Of a stretch of DNA of 64,000 nt, positions 1 through 14,253 are shown piece after piece. Both the position numbers and the translations under genes were made by a program. Position 1 is the first letter of the stretch. Each line of letters opens with the position of its first letter. The stretch comes from Octopus vulgaris. Its lineage: Eukaryota. Below the pieces are notes generated by a model, which worked only from the letters and a program-made list of their open reading frames with translations, was not told where the DNA came from and searched no databases. Location: NCBI GenBank assembly GCA_951406725.2, contig OX597817.1:67456001-67520000 (forward strand). The letters run 5' to 3'.

Positions 1-1482
1 ATCACATAGATAAAATAAAGGTGCCCCACAATTTCTACCATCTTCAGCTTCGATCATCTCCTGCAAACTGGGTCCTAAGAATGTATTCGTGAGCACCTTT
101 AGCCTTAAGTGATCCACAAAGATGGTAGTACCCTTGGGTAATTCAAATGTAGCCCTCGATAGGCTATTGGAGTATTCTTCACCAAGTGTGATTAAGAAAC
201 TTGCTTCCCAACCACGTTTCATGGGTTCAGTCCTACTGCGCATGTAAAGTGTTTAATGAACTGTAGCCTCCTGCCAAAATTCGATATTCTTGTATCTTTT
301 AGGAATTATTATTTATGTACGTGAAGAGTAGTAAATTTGAAGAATCGGGAGTACCGGATAAAATGATTTACGGACTTAGTCACACCACTTTATATAAGGA
401 GTTCAAATCATCCCCAGGTTTAGTTGTTTTTTTTTTATCTATGTAGAGTCGATAAAATGACGTACCACTCAACACCAGCATCGACTTAATATACAAAAAC
501 CGAACGTATATTGTATATTCCAAGTTGCTGGTCACAGTTTTCACTGAAATAGGTGAAATTTTACCGAGAGGCCCATATTTTCAATGGAAATATCATAAAG
601 TAAGTGATTTTTATAATATTTTCTTTAAATTCTGGCAAGACCAGGTACTTCTGTTAATATTCCTATAAAACATCAAAGATGTCAATGGAATTATGATAGA
701 AGATAAGAAGATCTCACTTGATAACTGATATTTAACTCGGTTCAAATGCTCTGGCATATGTTTGTTAATGATATACAGCTGAAGTAACATATTTAAAAAG
801 ATCTTCAGTTAGGTGCCTCAACCATTATGGTTTCAGCTGGAACATGGCACTTGTCACAGGATCCTGACGAATATTCTCACCTAGCGGGGATTTCGCTTAA
901 AATGGAAAATGTGTGCGTGTAGATATGTGTATATGTATATATAATGTATATATGTAAGTATACATGTATGTACAGAGGGAGAGAAAGCGCGGGGTCAGAA
1001 AAACATTTTGACAGGAAATGTTAAAACAGCAACGCCATCTTACTGAAAGGTTAAGGATTAATATTTCTGTTTTTAAGAATGTCCCAGTTGTGTATAGTCC
1101 CTACCAATCCCCAACTTGCCTAATTTTTTTTTTCTTTTCTTGAACACAGATTTGAAGAATAAGTTCAGAAGCTACTTATGTTTATAATTCCATTTTCAAC
1201 AACAACGGAAGTTGTGTGTGTGTGGTGGGGTCGTGAGTATGTGAGTGTAGTCATAAAGATATTTGTATGAATAAGTATATACGTACACGCATACAAACAG
1301 CTATAAAGGTACACAAAAGGACAGTTATATATATATATGATGACAACCATGTGTGTGTGTGTTGAGTGTTTGTATGTGTATGTAATAAGAATAAACGGTA
1401 AACCGACAGAGACAAACAAACGAAAGACTTGCATAAACTAAGAGAGAGACAGTCATAGTGATAAAAAGACAGGTAGAAAGAC

Positions 1483-1892
<410 letters not shown>

Positions 1893-2253
1893 TACTCTAT
1901 GAAGAAAGAAAAAGGAAAAGAAAAAAAGAGAATGTATAAGGCAAGAATTAAAGAAAGGAAAAGTGGAAAAAGAAATAATAGGCTACTTTTCCCAAAGGTC
2001 ATCTTTTACAACTCTTTTTGTCAACCATATCTTTGCATTATCTAGTTACCTGCAACAACACAAACGGAACATTAGTTGCACTAACTCGATCCCAGTCGTC
2101 CGATATCTGAAAGAGCCTCTATGCAGTCGCTCGACTGACCCACTAGAAACAACTGCCGAATCTCCCTTAAAATAATGTTCTTAATGCTGAAGATATAAGG
2201 ACTCATTTGCAATGTAGTTCTGACTACATTATGCATGGAAAGAACATCATTTT

Positions 2254-2404
2254 TATTTCTTTATTGCCCACTTGGGGCTAAACATAGAGAGGACAAACAA
2301 GGACAGACAAACGGATTAAATCGATTACGTCGACCCCAGTGCGTAACTGGTACTTAATTTATCGACCCCCGAAAGGATGAAAGGCAAAGTCGACCTCGGC
2401 GGAA
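2254..2404 (-). mobile_element. SINE family B, 3' part
   Basis: Reverse complement of GCCGAGGTCGACTTTGCCTTTCATCCTTTCGGGG...AATAAAGAAAT, matching the full copies at 10134 and 54409. Confidence 0.85.
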
Positions 2405-2562
2405 TCATTGATATGCGGTGTATTAAATCAGCTTATTTGCACGTAAAATTAATGAAAACTTCCTGCTGCCTCCGTCTTTCTTCTAATAAAGGGGAATATC
2501 AACCACGTTGATCTCGTCGGTTAAAGATACGTACGTCATGGGCACAATCACTTCCTCTAGAC

Positions 2563-3105
2563 CAGTGCTTTTCAAGGCTGGAGCATCTCCACCAACGGGA
2601 TTTTATTTTGGTAGGGCGTAGAATTTAAGAATATGGCGTAAGTAAATAGCAAGTAAGTAAAACTAGCAATAAAATTTTAATTGAAATTTCCTTTGGTTGC
2701 TATCGCCATGACGGTAACTGTCACTAATTCAGTTACGATGCGTATAAAGGCAAAACATCTTTGAAGATATAACAACGTGCGTAAGATAATGTAATTAGAT
2801 ATTTTATAAAAAAAAACAATTCTATTTTGTTTTGTTTATTACATATGTTCTTTGTGACATACTCAACTGTCGAACCCTACCAAATGACACGAAGTCATTA
2901 ATAGTAACTAGAATAAATATGGAGCTCCAAATACTGTTTATTTGTTGTTCAACTTAAATCGCATTGTGTGTGAATGTGTGTGTGTGTGTGTTTATGATTT
3001 ATGCTAAATTTCTTCACTCATGGAGGGACAGGCGTATGATTTTTTTTATTTTTGTTTTTTGAAAATCGAAGTGGGGTGCGAGACAAAAAAGGTTAAGAAA
3101 CACTG
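2563..3105. mobile_element. Non-autonomous hAT (Charlie-like) DNA transposon remnant
   Basis: Imperfect TIRs CAGTGCTTTTCAA...TTAAGAAACACTG. The left flank CTCTAGAC fits the NTCTAGAN hAT-Charlie target. The right TSD is not preserved. Confidence 0.5.
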
Positions 3106-3574
3106 CAACCAACCATTCCAATAATACAAAAAAAAACCCAAAAAAACTGGCAAATGAAGTTTGATAGTTTGGTTAATTAAGACTGTAGAAAGCGTTAAGA
3201 CAGGCAGTGATCATTTAATGAATAACACGGGTTATCAAATAAGCTAAACGAGCAAATATGTCTCAGTTTTCTTAGTAAAACGATACGAATATACATTTTC
3301 GGTGGTTTACTCGCGGTAAATTAATGTGTTTATTAATTATTACATTATTAGTGAGGGCAAACGCTTCTGTGATATTTAATACACAGTAATCAGAGAAGTT
3401 GCAAGATATAATTACAGTTTTCGCTTAAAAACGTTTAATTTCTCTTTATGCTACTAATATCAATGCAAACAGTATGATTAACACGACACTATATTTTAAC
3501 ACTTTCTGAAAGAAAAGACTTTTGTACTGAGCGAAATTTTAATTTATTCTCATGTAAATTAATAACGGTTAAAA

Positions 3575-3956
3575 ATTTTGACACAAGGCCAGCTGTTTCG
3601 GGGGTCGGGAAAGTCGATTACATGCTCAAGTGGTACTTATTTTATCGACCCCGGAAGGATGAAAGGCAAAGTCGACTTCGGCGGAATCTGAACTCAGAAC
3701 GCTTCTGCCAGCGTCTGTCAGCTCGCCGCCTTATCGCGTAAATTAATAATTTTTCTACTAAAGGTACAAGGCATGAAATTTGGTATGAGGAGATTAGTAA
3801 ATTACATTGGCCCCCAGTGTTTCACTGGTGCTTAATTTATCAACCCCGAAAGGATGAAAAGCAAAGTCGACCTCGGCGGTATTTGAACTCAGACTGACGA
3901 AATGCCGCCAAGCAATTAGCCTGGTGTGCTAACGCTTCTGCCAGCTCGCTCCCTTA
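3575..3956 (-). mobile_element. Two tandem degenerate SINE family B copies
   Basis: Both carry CCC.GAAAGGATGAAA.GCAAAGTCGAC.TCGGCGG and the head CAGCTCGC.(G/C)CCTTA. Confidence 0.8.
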
Positions 3957-4214
3957 TCGTGTAAATTAATAACAAGAAAGGGATTAACCTCTGTTAAAGT
4001 CACTTCCATAATCCAAAGTAATAATCTTGAGAAAGTCATAAACGCTGGTCAGCTCATAGTTAGTGGGAACCATTTGTTAGTATCTGCTTGAGTCATCTGG
4101 GGCAACCCTCCGAGCAGTGTCCCAGTCAGTCCCCATCGATGAGATATTTCTTCATTTGTAATGACTATGGGGCATGTGGCCAACCAACACGAACAGTCAC
4201 CCCGGCCGGATCCC

Positions 4215-5260
4215 CAAAGAAGAAAACACGATACGCTATGCAGTTGACATTGCATGCCTCTTTGACCCTTTGGGCTAGGTATCTCATTAAGCTCTCGAGT
4301 TCGATACGTACACAGTCTTCCACATTTATCAATCCCCTTCCTCCATTTGCTTTCTTCATGTATAGGCGATCAGTGCCTGTACGTAGATGATAGGTTCCAT
4401 GCATCATTAGGAGCTTTCTTGACTACCAGTCCATCTCCTTTAGCTCCTTCGCTATCCACTTCGGGATTCCAGCGCCATACCGAACTGCTGCGACTGGACG
4501 CGAGTTTATTGCCGAAATTATGTTTCTGGCATTCAGCTTTGAAGCCAATATTTTTCTCACTCGCCGTAGGTACTCTCTTTTTGTCTTTCCTTTCATGTCG
4601 TGTATTATTATTCCTTCGTAAAACAGTGTATCTAAAAATGCACCGTAGTCTTTAGCCATCTGTCAAGTCACAACAAGGACCTCAGACAGATGTGCGCTGT
4701 TTCCAATAAGGTTGCTTTTGCAAGACATCGATCTTGCATGGGATTTCCAGTTGCCTTAAGAAGCCTTGAATTTTCAATGGGATTTAGCTCAACGCTCCGA
4801 TCACCACTGTACACTTTTACATTACCTTCTCCAATTCCATATAGTTTAACCATTTCCACTTTCAATTCGGAGTACTTGGTGATTTTTTTCAATCTCTTTA
4901 CTCATAAAATTCATGTCATTTAGTATGGCTACATCAATGATCTGACAGTATTTATCTCTATTATTCAATATGACAATATCCGGCCGACGATGTTCGATTA
5001 CACGAATCGTCTGAAAATCATAGTCCCAGAGTATCGTTACTTTTCCATCCTCCTGCATAACTTTACTTGGTACATGCTTATACCAGTTCTCTGTTACTTC
5101 ATATTGGTATTTACGACATAAGAGCCAATGAAGATACACACACACTTTATCGTGGTGGCGCTTGTATTCTTTTTGTGCAAGGCTCTCTTAGCCACTTACC
5201 AAGTGGATCACATTTTCCACACTCTTACCACAGAGTCTGCATCTCCCTGTAACGTTAGTT
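4215..5260 (-). mobile_element. R4/Dong-type non-LTR retrotransposon remnant (post-RT region and restriction-like endonuclease), frameshifted and rearranged
   Basis: Minus-strand peptides RLYMKKANGGRGLINVED, KLNARNIISAINS, VYLHWLLC..ILWDYDFQTIRVIEHRRPDIVILN..IIDVAI (PD-D/ExK RLE motif) and KITKYSELK. A (TTA)n tract lies nearby at 5692-5750. Confidence 0.8.
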
Positions 5261-5689
5261 GTCCACATGATTTCAGCAACCCCTCAAATGCTCAAAACCC
5301 TTCTGAAGATTTCTTTCCTGATCCTGATCCGTGAAGAAACAGACTTGAAATTTTTACCGGTACAATCTTTACAAATCCTCACAATCTCTTAAAATTTTAC
5401 GGGATTATATTATTTTTACATTTCATCTGCCTTCTTCATAACCCTAGTATCAAATGGACATGATGAACCAATCAGAGAGTAAAGCCGATTTTTCTTGTCT
5501 TTTACTGTTATATCTGTTTGTTATGTTCCATCCTATCCGTTTGAATTGGAAAATTAGACGGAATCTTGTAAGTTTTCTTTCCAAGGATTCTGCTATATAC
5601 TTTCAGCTTCAAACCTGCATTTTTGATAAAGCTTCTAGTGTTAAGTTTTCACCTCTTGATCATGTCTCCATAACTTTATTCTCCCTATG

Positions 5690-5750
<61 letters not shown>

Positions 5751-6819
5751 CATATACAATAGGCTTCTGCACAGTTTTCGCTCACCATGATTCCACTCAC
5801 AATGTATTAATCAATCTGAGGCTATGGTTAGAAGACACATAACCAAAGCACCGCAGATTGGTATTGATCTTGTAATCAAGTGCATGCGAAGCAAATGTTT
5901 TGACCCCGATATCAATGTGTGCACCTTAAATGGTTGTAGGCATTTCATTCTATTCATACATATCAGTCTACAGCACACAATTAATCTTAATTCTTTCCCG
6001 TTCTGCTTTACTGTTACCATAATTGTTCCTGTTCTAAACATTTCTTATACGTTGCAAAGTTTTCTCAGAATAGCATGACCATCATTTCTAATCTACCTCC
6101 CACTACGTCACAGCTTATTTATTTTAAAACTTGATGCCTTAATGTATAATGTTGTGATGTAAAGCAGATTCGGAGATGAGATTCCTAGTTGAGCCGAGAA
6201 GATGTAAGTCTTGGATAAAACTGACACTTTCAAAAAACAAAAGTGCTTACGAAACTCTTCTGTCTAAAAATATTAAAATATATCTACAGCTTGAAAGGTT
6301 TGGATTTAAATCTTTCAGCTAATTGTACAATTTGTAAGAAATTAGTTCTGGAAATTGCAATTAACATCAATTAACACAAACAATTTGCTTTACTTTTTCT
6401 AACGTTTCAGGAAACCCTAGTAGTCATTCCTGTGAGAGTTATTAAAAACAAAAAATAAATGAAAATAATATAAGCCTGCTGCTTCCCTAGAAGGGGAGAG
6501 ATTAGTCATTCATTAAATTGGTTTAAGTATTAATTCCAGTAACCGAGTCTTTGGTTCCTCGAGATACACTGTTATTTCTTTGCCATCTGTGTATATGACT
6601 TAATTACTCTGTAATTATCAGCTGAAATAGAAATTTCTAATAATCAACATTCTTCTTATTCTCTTCTATCATATTGGTTATAATTAATAGAAATTCCAGA
6701 TTTTTCTTTTTTAGTTATCCTTGCTTTGCCCCATCTACTGAATGGAAAACCTTGTTTCTGTAACATCATCAGTGGTATAATGAGGATCGGACAAATACAT
6801 TTTAAATGTATTTACTCGC

Positions 6820-7050
6820 AGGCGCAGGCGTGGCTGTGTCGATAAGAAGCTTGTTCCTAACCATGTGGTCTTGGGTTCAGTCCTACAGTACGACACCTTA
6901 GGCGAGTGTCTTCTACTATCGCCCCCGGACGGACCAAGGCCTTGAGAGTGAATATGGTAGGCGGAAAATGAAAGAAACCCATCGTTTTCGTATTTATATG
7001 GATGTGTGCATGTCTGTGTATATCTGTGTGTCTTTGTGTTTGAGTTGTGA
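6820..7050 (+). mobile_element. SINE family A, 5' part, diverged
   Basis: GGCGCAGGCGTGGCTGTG..GGGTTCAGTCC head with A/B-box-like motifs. Confidence 0.75.
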
Positions 7051-7133
7051 ATTGAGAACTCCTTTCTCATTCGGTCGACACTATGTACGCATATGTAAAC
7101 ATATGTGTATATGTGTGTGTGTATGTATTCATG

Positions 7134-7168
<35 letters not shown>

Positions 7169-7211
7169 GTTTAAATATTTGTTGTGCAAGATTTTCTATG
7201 TGAAGTCGTGT

Positions 7212-7676
7212 GTTGAAACAGATATTGTTATATTTCGGAATGGTCATATTGCCAGTTTAGCCAATAAAAACACACGCACTATTATATTTATTTTTTACAT
7301 TAATCTTAATCTTATTTCGGCCAAAGTTCTTTCGTCACACTCCTGTGACCGCATCAGTGGTCCTTTGTTTTCTTCTCACTTACTTGTGTCTCTCCTTACT
7401 AACCGTCAGCCATTTTGTATTTCTATTGTATGTCTTCATTTGCGCATGCTTATATCTCTATGTGCGTCTATGTTTATTTAGTGTGTGTGTGAGGGGGATG
7501 CCTGTAATATTTGTATCTTCTGGTTATATACATTCTTGTAATTTGTATTTTGTTTTTGTTGTTGTTGCTTTTGTTCTAATTTTGTTCATGTGTTTACATC
7601 CACCCATTATTATCATTACATATGCTTGTATGTATAACAACAATATTAGTAATAATAATAATAAATCTAATTGAAA

Positions 7677-7723
<47 letters not shown>

Positions 7724-8160
7724 TATATACATATATATATATATACATATATACACACACATATACACATATACATACACATATACATATATATAGTTAT
7801 TCATTTCTATTTCTTTAATTATCTGTGTATTTATTATGTTTGCGGGATCCACTATCGTCATATGTTGTGGTGTGCGCTATTGCTCCATTCTAGTTTTCTA
7901 TTCAGGCTAGGTTTATTTTCTATTATATGTGTAGCTTCTGTAATTTGTCTAATTGTTGCATCTGTTCTATGTGTGGACAATATCTTAATCTCTATGTTAT
8001 TGATTGGTACAGAATCGATGAGCTTTTACCTTCCTTGAGTTGTCTCCAATGTTCATTCACCCGCTCACCAATGCTTCTTGCTGTTTCCCCTACGTATGTT
8101 ACTGTCTTGTTACTGCATCGTCCCTCTATACATCTTATACTATAGACCACATTTCTGGCT
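7212..8160 (-). mobile_element. 5'-truncated Penelope-like element (GIY-YIG end plus 3' pLTR); same family as 50990-52450
   Basis: Reverse complement aligns along its length with 51480-52450. It encodes VVYSIRC..YVGETARSIGERVNEH and has an internal (TA)n at the same position as the other copy. Confidence 0.85.
7319..7362 (-). ncRNA. Hammerhead-like motif (type I, non-canonical core)
   Basis: CCA CUGAUGCG GUCAC-AGGAGU-GUGAC GAAA GAACU U UGG; twin of 52280-52323. Confidence 0.5.
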
Positions 8161-8370
8161 TTACTCTTTTACTTGTTTCAGTCATTTGACTGCGGCCATG
8201 CTGGAGCACCGCCTTTAATCGAGCAACTCGACCCCGGGACTTATTCTTTTTGTAAGCCCAGTACTTATTCTATCGGTCTCTTTTGCCGAACCGCTAAGTA
8301 ACGGGGACATGAACACACCAGCATCGGTTGTCAAGCAATGCTAGGGGGACAAACACAGACACACAAACAA

Positions 8371-8378
<8 letters not shown>
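8159..8378 (-). mobile_element. SINE family A, 3' half
   Basis: Reverse complement of ..GGCGGTGCTCCAGCATGGCCGCAGTCAAATGACTGAAACAAGTAAAAGAG; near-identical to the copy starting at 8535. Confidence 0.9.
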
Positions 8379-8439
<61 letters not shown>

Positions 8440-8479
8440 TGTATGTATCTATGTATGTATATATATACAAAATTTAGAA

Positions 8480-8533
8480 GACTGTCCACTAAAAATGGAT
8501 AGCCTATAGGCTATCCATTTTTAGTGGTCAGTC
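8480..8533. repeat. 54-bp palindrome next to (TA)n
   Basis: GACTGTCCACTAAAAATGGATAGCCTA|TAGGCTATCCATTTTTAGTGGTCAGTC, one mismatch. Confidence 0.9.
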
Positions 8534-8534
8534 C

Positions 8535-8746
8535 TTTTACTCTTTTACTTGTTTCAGTCATTTGACTGCGGCCATGCTGGAGCACCGCCTTTAATCGAGC
8601 AACTCGACCCCGGGACTTATTCTTTTTGTAAGCCCAGTACTTATTCTATCGGTCTCTTTTGCCGAACCGCTAAGTAACGGGGACATGAACACACCAGCAT
8701 CGGTTGTCAAGCAATGCTAGGGGGACAAACACAGACACACAAACAA

Positions 8747-8817
<71 letters not shown>

Positions 8818-8870
8818 TACGACAGGCTTCTTTCAGTTTCCGTCTACCAAATCCACTCACAAGGCATTGG
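8535..8870 (-). mobile_element. SINE family A, 5'-truncated
   Basis: Matches the family consensus, including the internal (TA)n. Confidence 0.9.
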
Positions 8871-9386
8871 TCTAAATTTTGTATGTAAAACAATTTTTAA
8901 TCTTCGGATTTTTAAAAAATATGCTAGGCCACCGGTTTTAATTGATTAATATCAATTTCTACCCTTATTATTTAAGTTTACATATATACACTTGGTCGAA
9001 TTGTCCAAAATATTAAACGATGAAAATTGATACTACAACGATTGCTTTGCACCACACAAGAAGAAATGTAATCGCCTGCTGAAATAACAAACGAGTTCGT
9101 TGGTCTATTTAAAATAACCCTTTGCTGCTGTTAATATCAGAACACACACAGTTGGATAACACGATAGGAGATTACTTCTTAGAGACGAACGGCCTGGAAA
9201 TGATCAGGTAGGAGGTGTTTGGTTGTTAAAGTATGTTTTCGAGCAGGAGTTGGACTGTTTGTTTCAAATTTCTTCAATTCGTTTACTTCTTGGATAAGAT
9301 CTGTCTCACCGAACAGGATAATATCAATGATACTAAAAAAACATAACTTCAAAATGCAGTTTATTGGCTTTCTAAAATTGATTCGC

Positions 9387-9453
<67 letters not shown>

Positions 9454-9708
9454 TGTGTTTGTGTGTATGGGTGGGGGAGGTGTGTCTAAGTAAGTAAATA
9501 TGTACGTTCTAAATTTACGTCATGATCTGTTGCAGTCTTCGAGTCTTGACCAGACCTAAAGACTTAATATGTAAAAAGACGAAAACTAATGTTGCCCTGC
9601 CAATAGCGTAAGCGACAGTAAGTGAAATGGCTTCATCCAGTAATCGACAAAATAACCTGCAATATACATATATACATATTTATCTATCCATCAATATATA
9701 TGCATGTT

Positions 9709-9755
<47 letters not shown>

Positions 9756-9802
9756 GATAGTTGATGAATGATTTAGATATATTTCTCCATTTTCTTATTT
9801 TG

Positions 9803-9873
<71 letters not shown>

Positions 9874-9974
9874 ATACACGCACATACGTAATCACATACA
9901 CGCATACATATACGCTTAGAAATTCATACATATAAAAATATACATACCCATCAAGGCATATGTACAAATATTTG

Positions 9975-10024
<50 letters not shown>

Positions 10025-10133
10025 TGTATGTATCTCCCTCCCCCTCTCTCTCTCTCTGTATATATATATACATACATACATACATACAAACATACATACG
10101 TACATACATACTTACGTACGTATATATATATAT

Positions 10134-10365
10134 AAGGCGGCGAGCTGGCAGAAACGGTAGCACGCCGGGCGAAATGCGTAGCTGTATTTCGTCTGCCGTT
10201 ACGTTCTGAGTTCAAATTCCGCCGAGGTTGACTTTGCCTTTCATCCTTTCGGGGTCGACAAATTAAGTACCAGTTACGCACTGGGGTCGATGGAATCGAC
10301 TTAATCGCTTTGTCTGTCCTTGTTTGTCCCCTCTGTGTTTAGCCCCTTGTGGGTAGTAAAGAAAT
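10134..10365 (+). mobile_element. SINE family B, full length
   Basis: Head AAGGCGGCGAGCTGGCAGAA..GAGTTCAAATTCC (B box), central GCCTTTCATCCTTTCGGGGTCGA, tail TTAGCCCCTTGTGGG..TAAAGAAAT. Confidence 0.9.
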
Positions 10366-10750
10366 ATATATATATGTATGCACATACATATATCAGGATG
10401 TCTGTACGTACACACACACACACATACAGGCACACTCGCACACATGAGTGTTGACATGAAAGTAGTGAAAATATAGATATTACCTTTTAGTTAGATTAGA
10501 TTAACACTTCCCTCTATACCAAGATACAAATCAACATAGCTTCCATCACATGCGATGCGCGGTCGTTGAACCCAACTTCAGAATCCCCTTTGAAAACATT
10601 CATGAAATCGTTGTTCCCAGCGTGACTGCCCTTCACTAAAAATCGGAAGATGTTATATAAAAGTTGTAGGGTGGATGGAGGAACAAATAATCAGTCCAAG
10701 TTGCCGATTGCTTGATTTGTTACCAAGGATGTATATAAAAAAAATTGACT

Positions 10751-10916
10751 GGCGCAGGAGTGGCTGTGTGGTAAGTAGCTTGCTTACCAACCACATGGTT
10801 CAGGGTTCAGTCCCACTGCGTGGCACCTTGGGCAAGTGTCTACTACTATTGCCTCGGGCCGACTAAAGTCTTGTGAGTGGATTTGGTAGACAGAAACTGA
10901 AAAGAAGCCCGTCGTA

Positions 10917-10990
<74 letters not shown>

Positions 10991-11209
10991 CGTATGTGTT
11001 TGTGTGTCTGTGTTTGTCCGCCTAGCATTGCTTGACAACCGATGCTGGTGTGTTTATGTCCCCGTCACTTAGCGGTTCGGCAAAAGAGACCGATAGAATA
11101 AGTACTGGGCTTACAAAGAATAAGTCCCCGGGTCGAGTTGCTCGATTAAAGGCGGTGCTCCAGCATGGCCGCAGTCAAATGACTGAAACAAGTAAAAGAG
11201 TAAAAGAGT
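10751..11209 (+). mobile_element. SINE family A (tRNA-derived, internal (TA)n), full length
   Basis: Head GGCGCAGGAGTGGCTGTGTGGTAAG..GGGTTCAGTCCC and (GTAAAAGA)n tail; more than ten copies in the window. Confidence 0.92.
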
Positions 11210-11210
11210 A

Positions 11211-11508
11211 TGGGATTGCAACTAGAAAGTTCGCCTCCGATGCACAAATCCGGGCAAGGTTGTTTATGGAAGACCAGCAGTCACCCTTGTATAACAGCAC
11301 CTCCTCCACACCACCGATGTTTTCCAAGGGGAAAGCAAAGGCTGATACAGCTTGGCACCAGTGTCATCGCAACTCATTTCTACAGCTGAGTGAACTGGAG
11401 CAACGTGAGATAAAGTGCCTTGCTCTCGAGTACAAGACTCAGCCGATCTGAGAATTGAACTCACTACCTCATGATTGTGAACTCGAATCTCTAGCCACTG
11501 AACCATGC
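11211..11508 (-). mobile_element. SINE family D
   Basis: Reverse complement matches 44885-45216 (GG.TCAGTGG.TAGAG head, CACGTTGCTCCAGTTCACTC). Confidence 0.8.
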
Positions 11509-11838
11509 ACAAGGATGTATATAGTTGTGCATTATCATGGTGAATGAATTTCATTTTCAGAATCTTTTTCTGTCTCTTTCTGTTGATAGCTTCTCTGAGC
11601 TTTTTGCGTGTTTCAAGTAACTATTCTATGTTCACGGTGTAGCCACAATCCAGAAAATTAATGCCAATGACACCTTTATCATTCCCCAAAGCAGTCATCA
11701 TGGCATCATTTGCTTTTGAGAAGAGGTTTTGGAGAAGAGATATGACAATATTCCATAAGCTGAGCCTTCGTTTCGGATAATAAAGATAAGCTCACCTTTC
11801 ATTCCCTGTCGGATCGCAAAAAACCGTGTCTTCATATA

Positions 11839-12044
11839 GGCGCAGGCGTGGCTGTGTATATAGGCGCTGGCGTAGCTGTGTGTTAAGAAGCTTGCTTCCC
11901 AACCACATGGTTCTCGGTTCAGTCCCACAACGTAGCACCTTGGGTAGGTGTCTTACACTATCGCCTCGGGCCGAGCAAAGCCTTGTAAGTGCATTTGGTA
12001 GACGGAAACTGAAAGAAGCCCGTCGTATACGACGGGCTTCTTTC

Positions 12045-12083
<39 letters not shown>

Positions 12084-12090
12084 CATATAC

Positions 12091-12163
<73 letters not shown>

Positions 12164-12380
12164 CATATTTATGTGTGTGTTTCCATATCTGTGTTGTCCT
12201 CCTCCATTGCATGGCAACCAGTTTTGGTGTGTTTACGTCCCCATAACTCAGTGGTTTGGCAAAAGAGACCGTTAGAATAAGTACCAGAATTTCAAAAAAA
12301 TAAGTTCTAGGATCGCTTACATCGACTAAAAGGCAGTGCTCCAACATGGCCGCAGTCAAATACTGAAACAAGTAAAAGAA
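11839..12380 (+). mobile_element. SINE family A, diverged, with an internal 38-bp palindrome
   Basis: Matches the family; fold-back at 12009-12046. Confidence 0.85.
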
Positions 12381-12382
12381 TA

Positions 12383-12820
12383 TCAGAGCAGACTTTCACT
12401 CGTCTCTCCTTCAAATCGGGTGTCAACGGCCGAAGTACTTTCTTTACATTCACTTTCCGATACCCAACGTTTTCCGTCCTCTTTAATGTATTGTGACCAC
12501 AGTCCAATAGAGCAGCAAACTTGCGAATTGTGGCTAGTTTGTCCGTTTGAATCCATCGTCCTCTCTCTGGCAGTTCGTGTTTGTTGTGGCAGTGGATGGT
12601 TTGTATTCAATGTTGGTTTCTCCTCTAAACAACTTTATCCATTTGTCTACATTGCTCTTGTTAATGGTGTTATCTCTGAACAACCTGTATCCTTCTGTGG
12701 ATGTCAGACAGCCAGCTCGTTCCTTTGTCAAGAACTTAACGACGACACGTTGCTTCTGCCTGAAGCCCATTATTTGTATGAAATGAAGCAGAACTTCCTA
12801 TAAAGGAAGAACTATTCTAA
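12383..12820 (-). pseudogene. Mariner transposase N-terminal (HTH) remnant
   Basis: KQRVVVKFLTKE..INKSNVDKWIKLFR and RKVNVKKVLRPLTPDLKERRV (degenerate WVPHEL region); frameshifted. Confidence 0.65.
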
Positions 12821-12955
12821 CAACATGTGCAAGCTGAACAGCCAATGTCAGTTAATAAACCATGCCCACTTTTGCATTACCTTTGATACAACATTCATCA
12901 GCATGTGTGCTTCTGTACATAAATACACTCAGATACAAACACGCACGTACACACA

Positions 12956-13009
<54 letters not shown>

Positions 13010-14015
13010 TGCATGTGCGTGTGAATAAAGTAGTTGTTTAGCTCCAGGTCAACTCTGATTCAACGGGCATTCCAGCCGTATATATCGCATCCTTTTCTTG
13101 GCTACCGCTTTTGCCTCATTTGAAGGAAATTTGTGATTTGACTTCTATTTCTAGCAATCGAAGCGATTACAAAGAGGCCCAATTGTGGACTACTCTCACG
13201 GACATTTTATTAATTGCTCTGTTGAATCGATTGGCAAAGTTCAACAGAGAACAGTAATGAGCGAAACCAAGAAGAAGAAATACCCCAAAAAATGATAAAT
13301 AGATAAATAAATATAATGGAACGCATAAGTTACTTTGCAACGTAAACCCATACATTTAATCACAATTTTATTTCAATTTGACTAGCACAAGGCACATTTC
13401 ATAGCAGTTGATTGGATCAGTTTTGTATATTATTGATAGTTACTTCATCTAGCCGCGAAAGCAGGGAAATGAGACTCGGACGAAATTTAATATTGTCATG
13501 TATTTAGTCCGATGTGCTACTGTTTCCGCCTACACATCTCCTTCCTTATCATACTAAATATTGTAACTTAATATTTTATGTCAGTTTCTCGAAGCAAAAT
13601 AAATATTATCTGAAACAGACATAATATCTGGTTTGCGCTCGCGCTGAGATTTAAAATTGTACTTTTATGTTCTTATTTTAAGTGTTCATCATCTTTGTTT
13701 CCCAAAATCTTGCATTAAATAGATTTCAAATCTCCAAGTAAAGAAATTTTAATTCTGAGTTCGTAAGTCAAAAATTCTTCCTATTTGGCTGAACATAAGT
13801 CACTTATTTCCTTCCACAGCCCGACCTCAGAGAAAGAAGCAAAAAATGATATACAAAGGTTAATTTACGTGCATATATGAATGTGTATGTATGTATGTGT
13901 ATGTGTTTATTATGTATATAGGAATATATGCATAAATGAGCACGTATATAATATATATATATATTCATAAGATTATATATATTATGTATGTATATTACAT
14001 ACATACTACATATGT

Positions 14016-14082
<67 letters not shown>

Positions 14083-14084
14083 CT

Positions 14085-14253
14085 ACACACGTTTTTTCGT
14101 TCCTTGTTTCTCTCCTTGTTTTTTCTGTGTCCTTTTCTGTAGAAGAGCGTAGGCTCGAAACGTAAAATAGTTTTTCTTTTCCTGAGCGTTATACTAATAC
14201 ATCTGTTTGTTTTGTACACCACCTGTCTTCGTCTTTTTTTTTTCGTAAACTCT

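Noticed and set aside
10500-10745. Mariner 3' remnant on the minus strand
   Set aside because: Only a vague C-terminal resemblance (RIACDGSYVD), too decayed to support a call.
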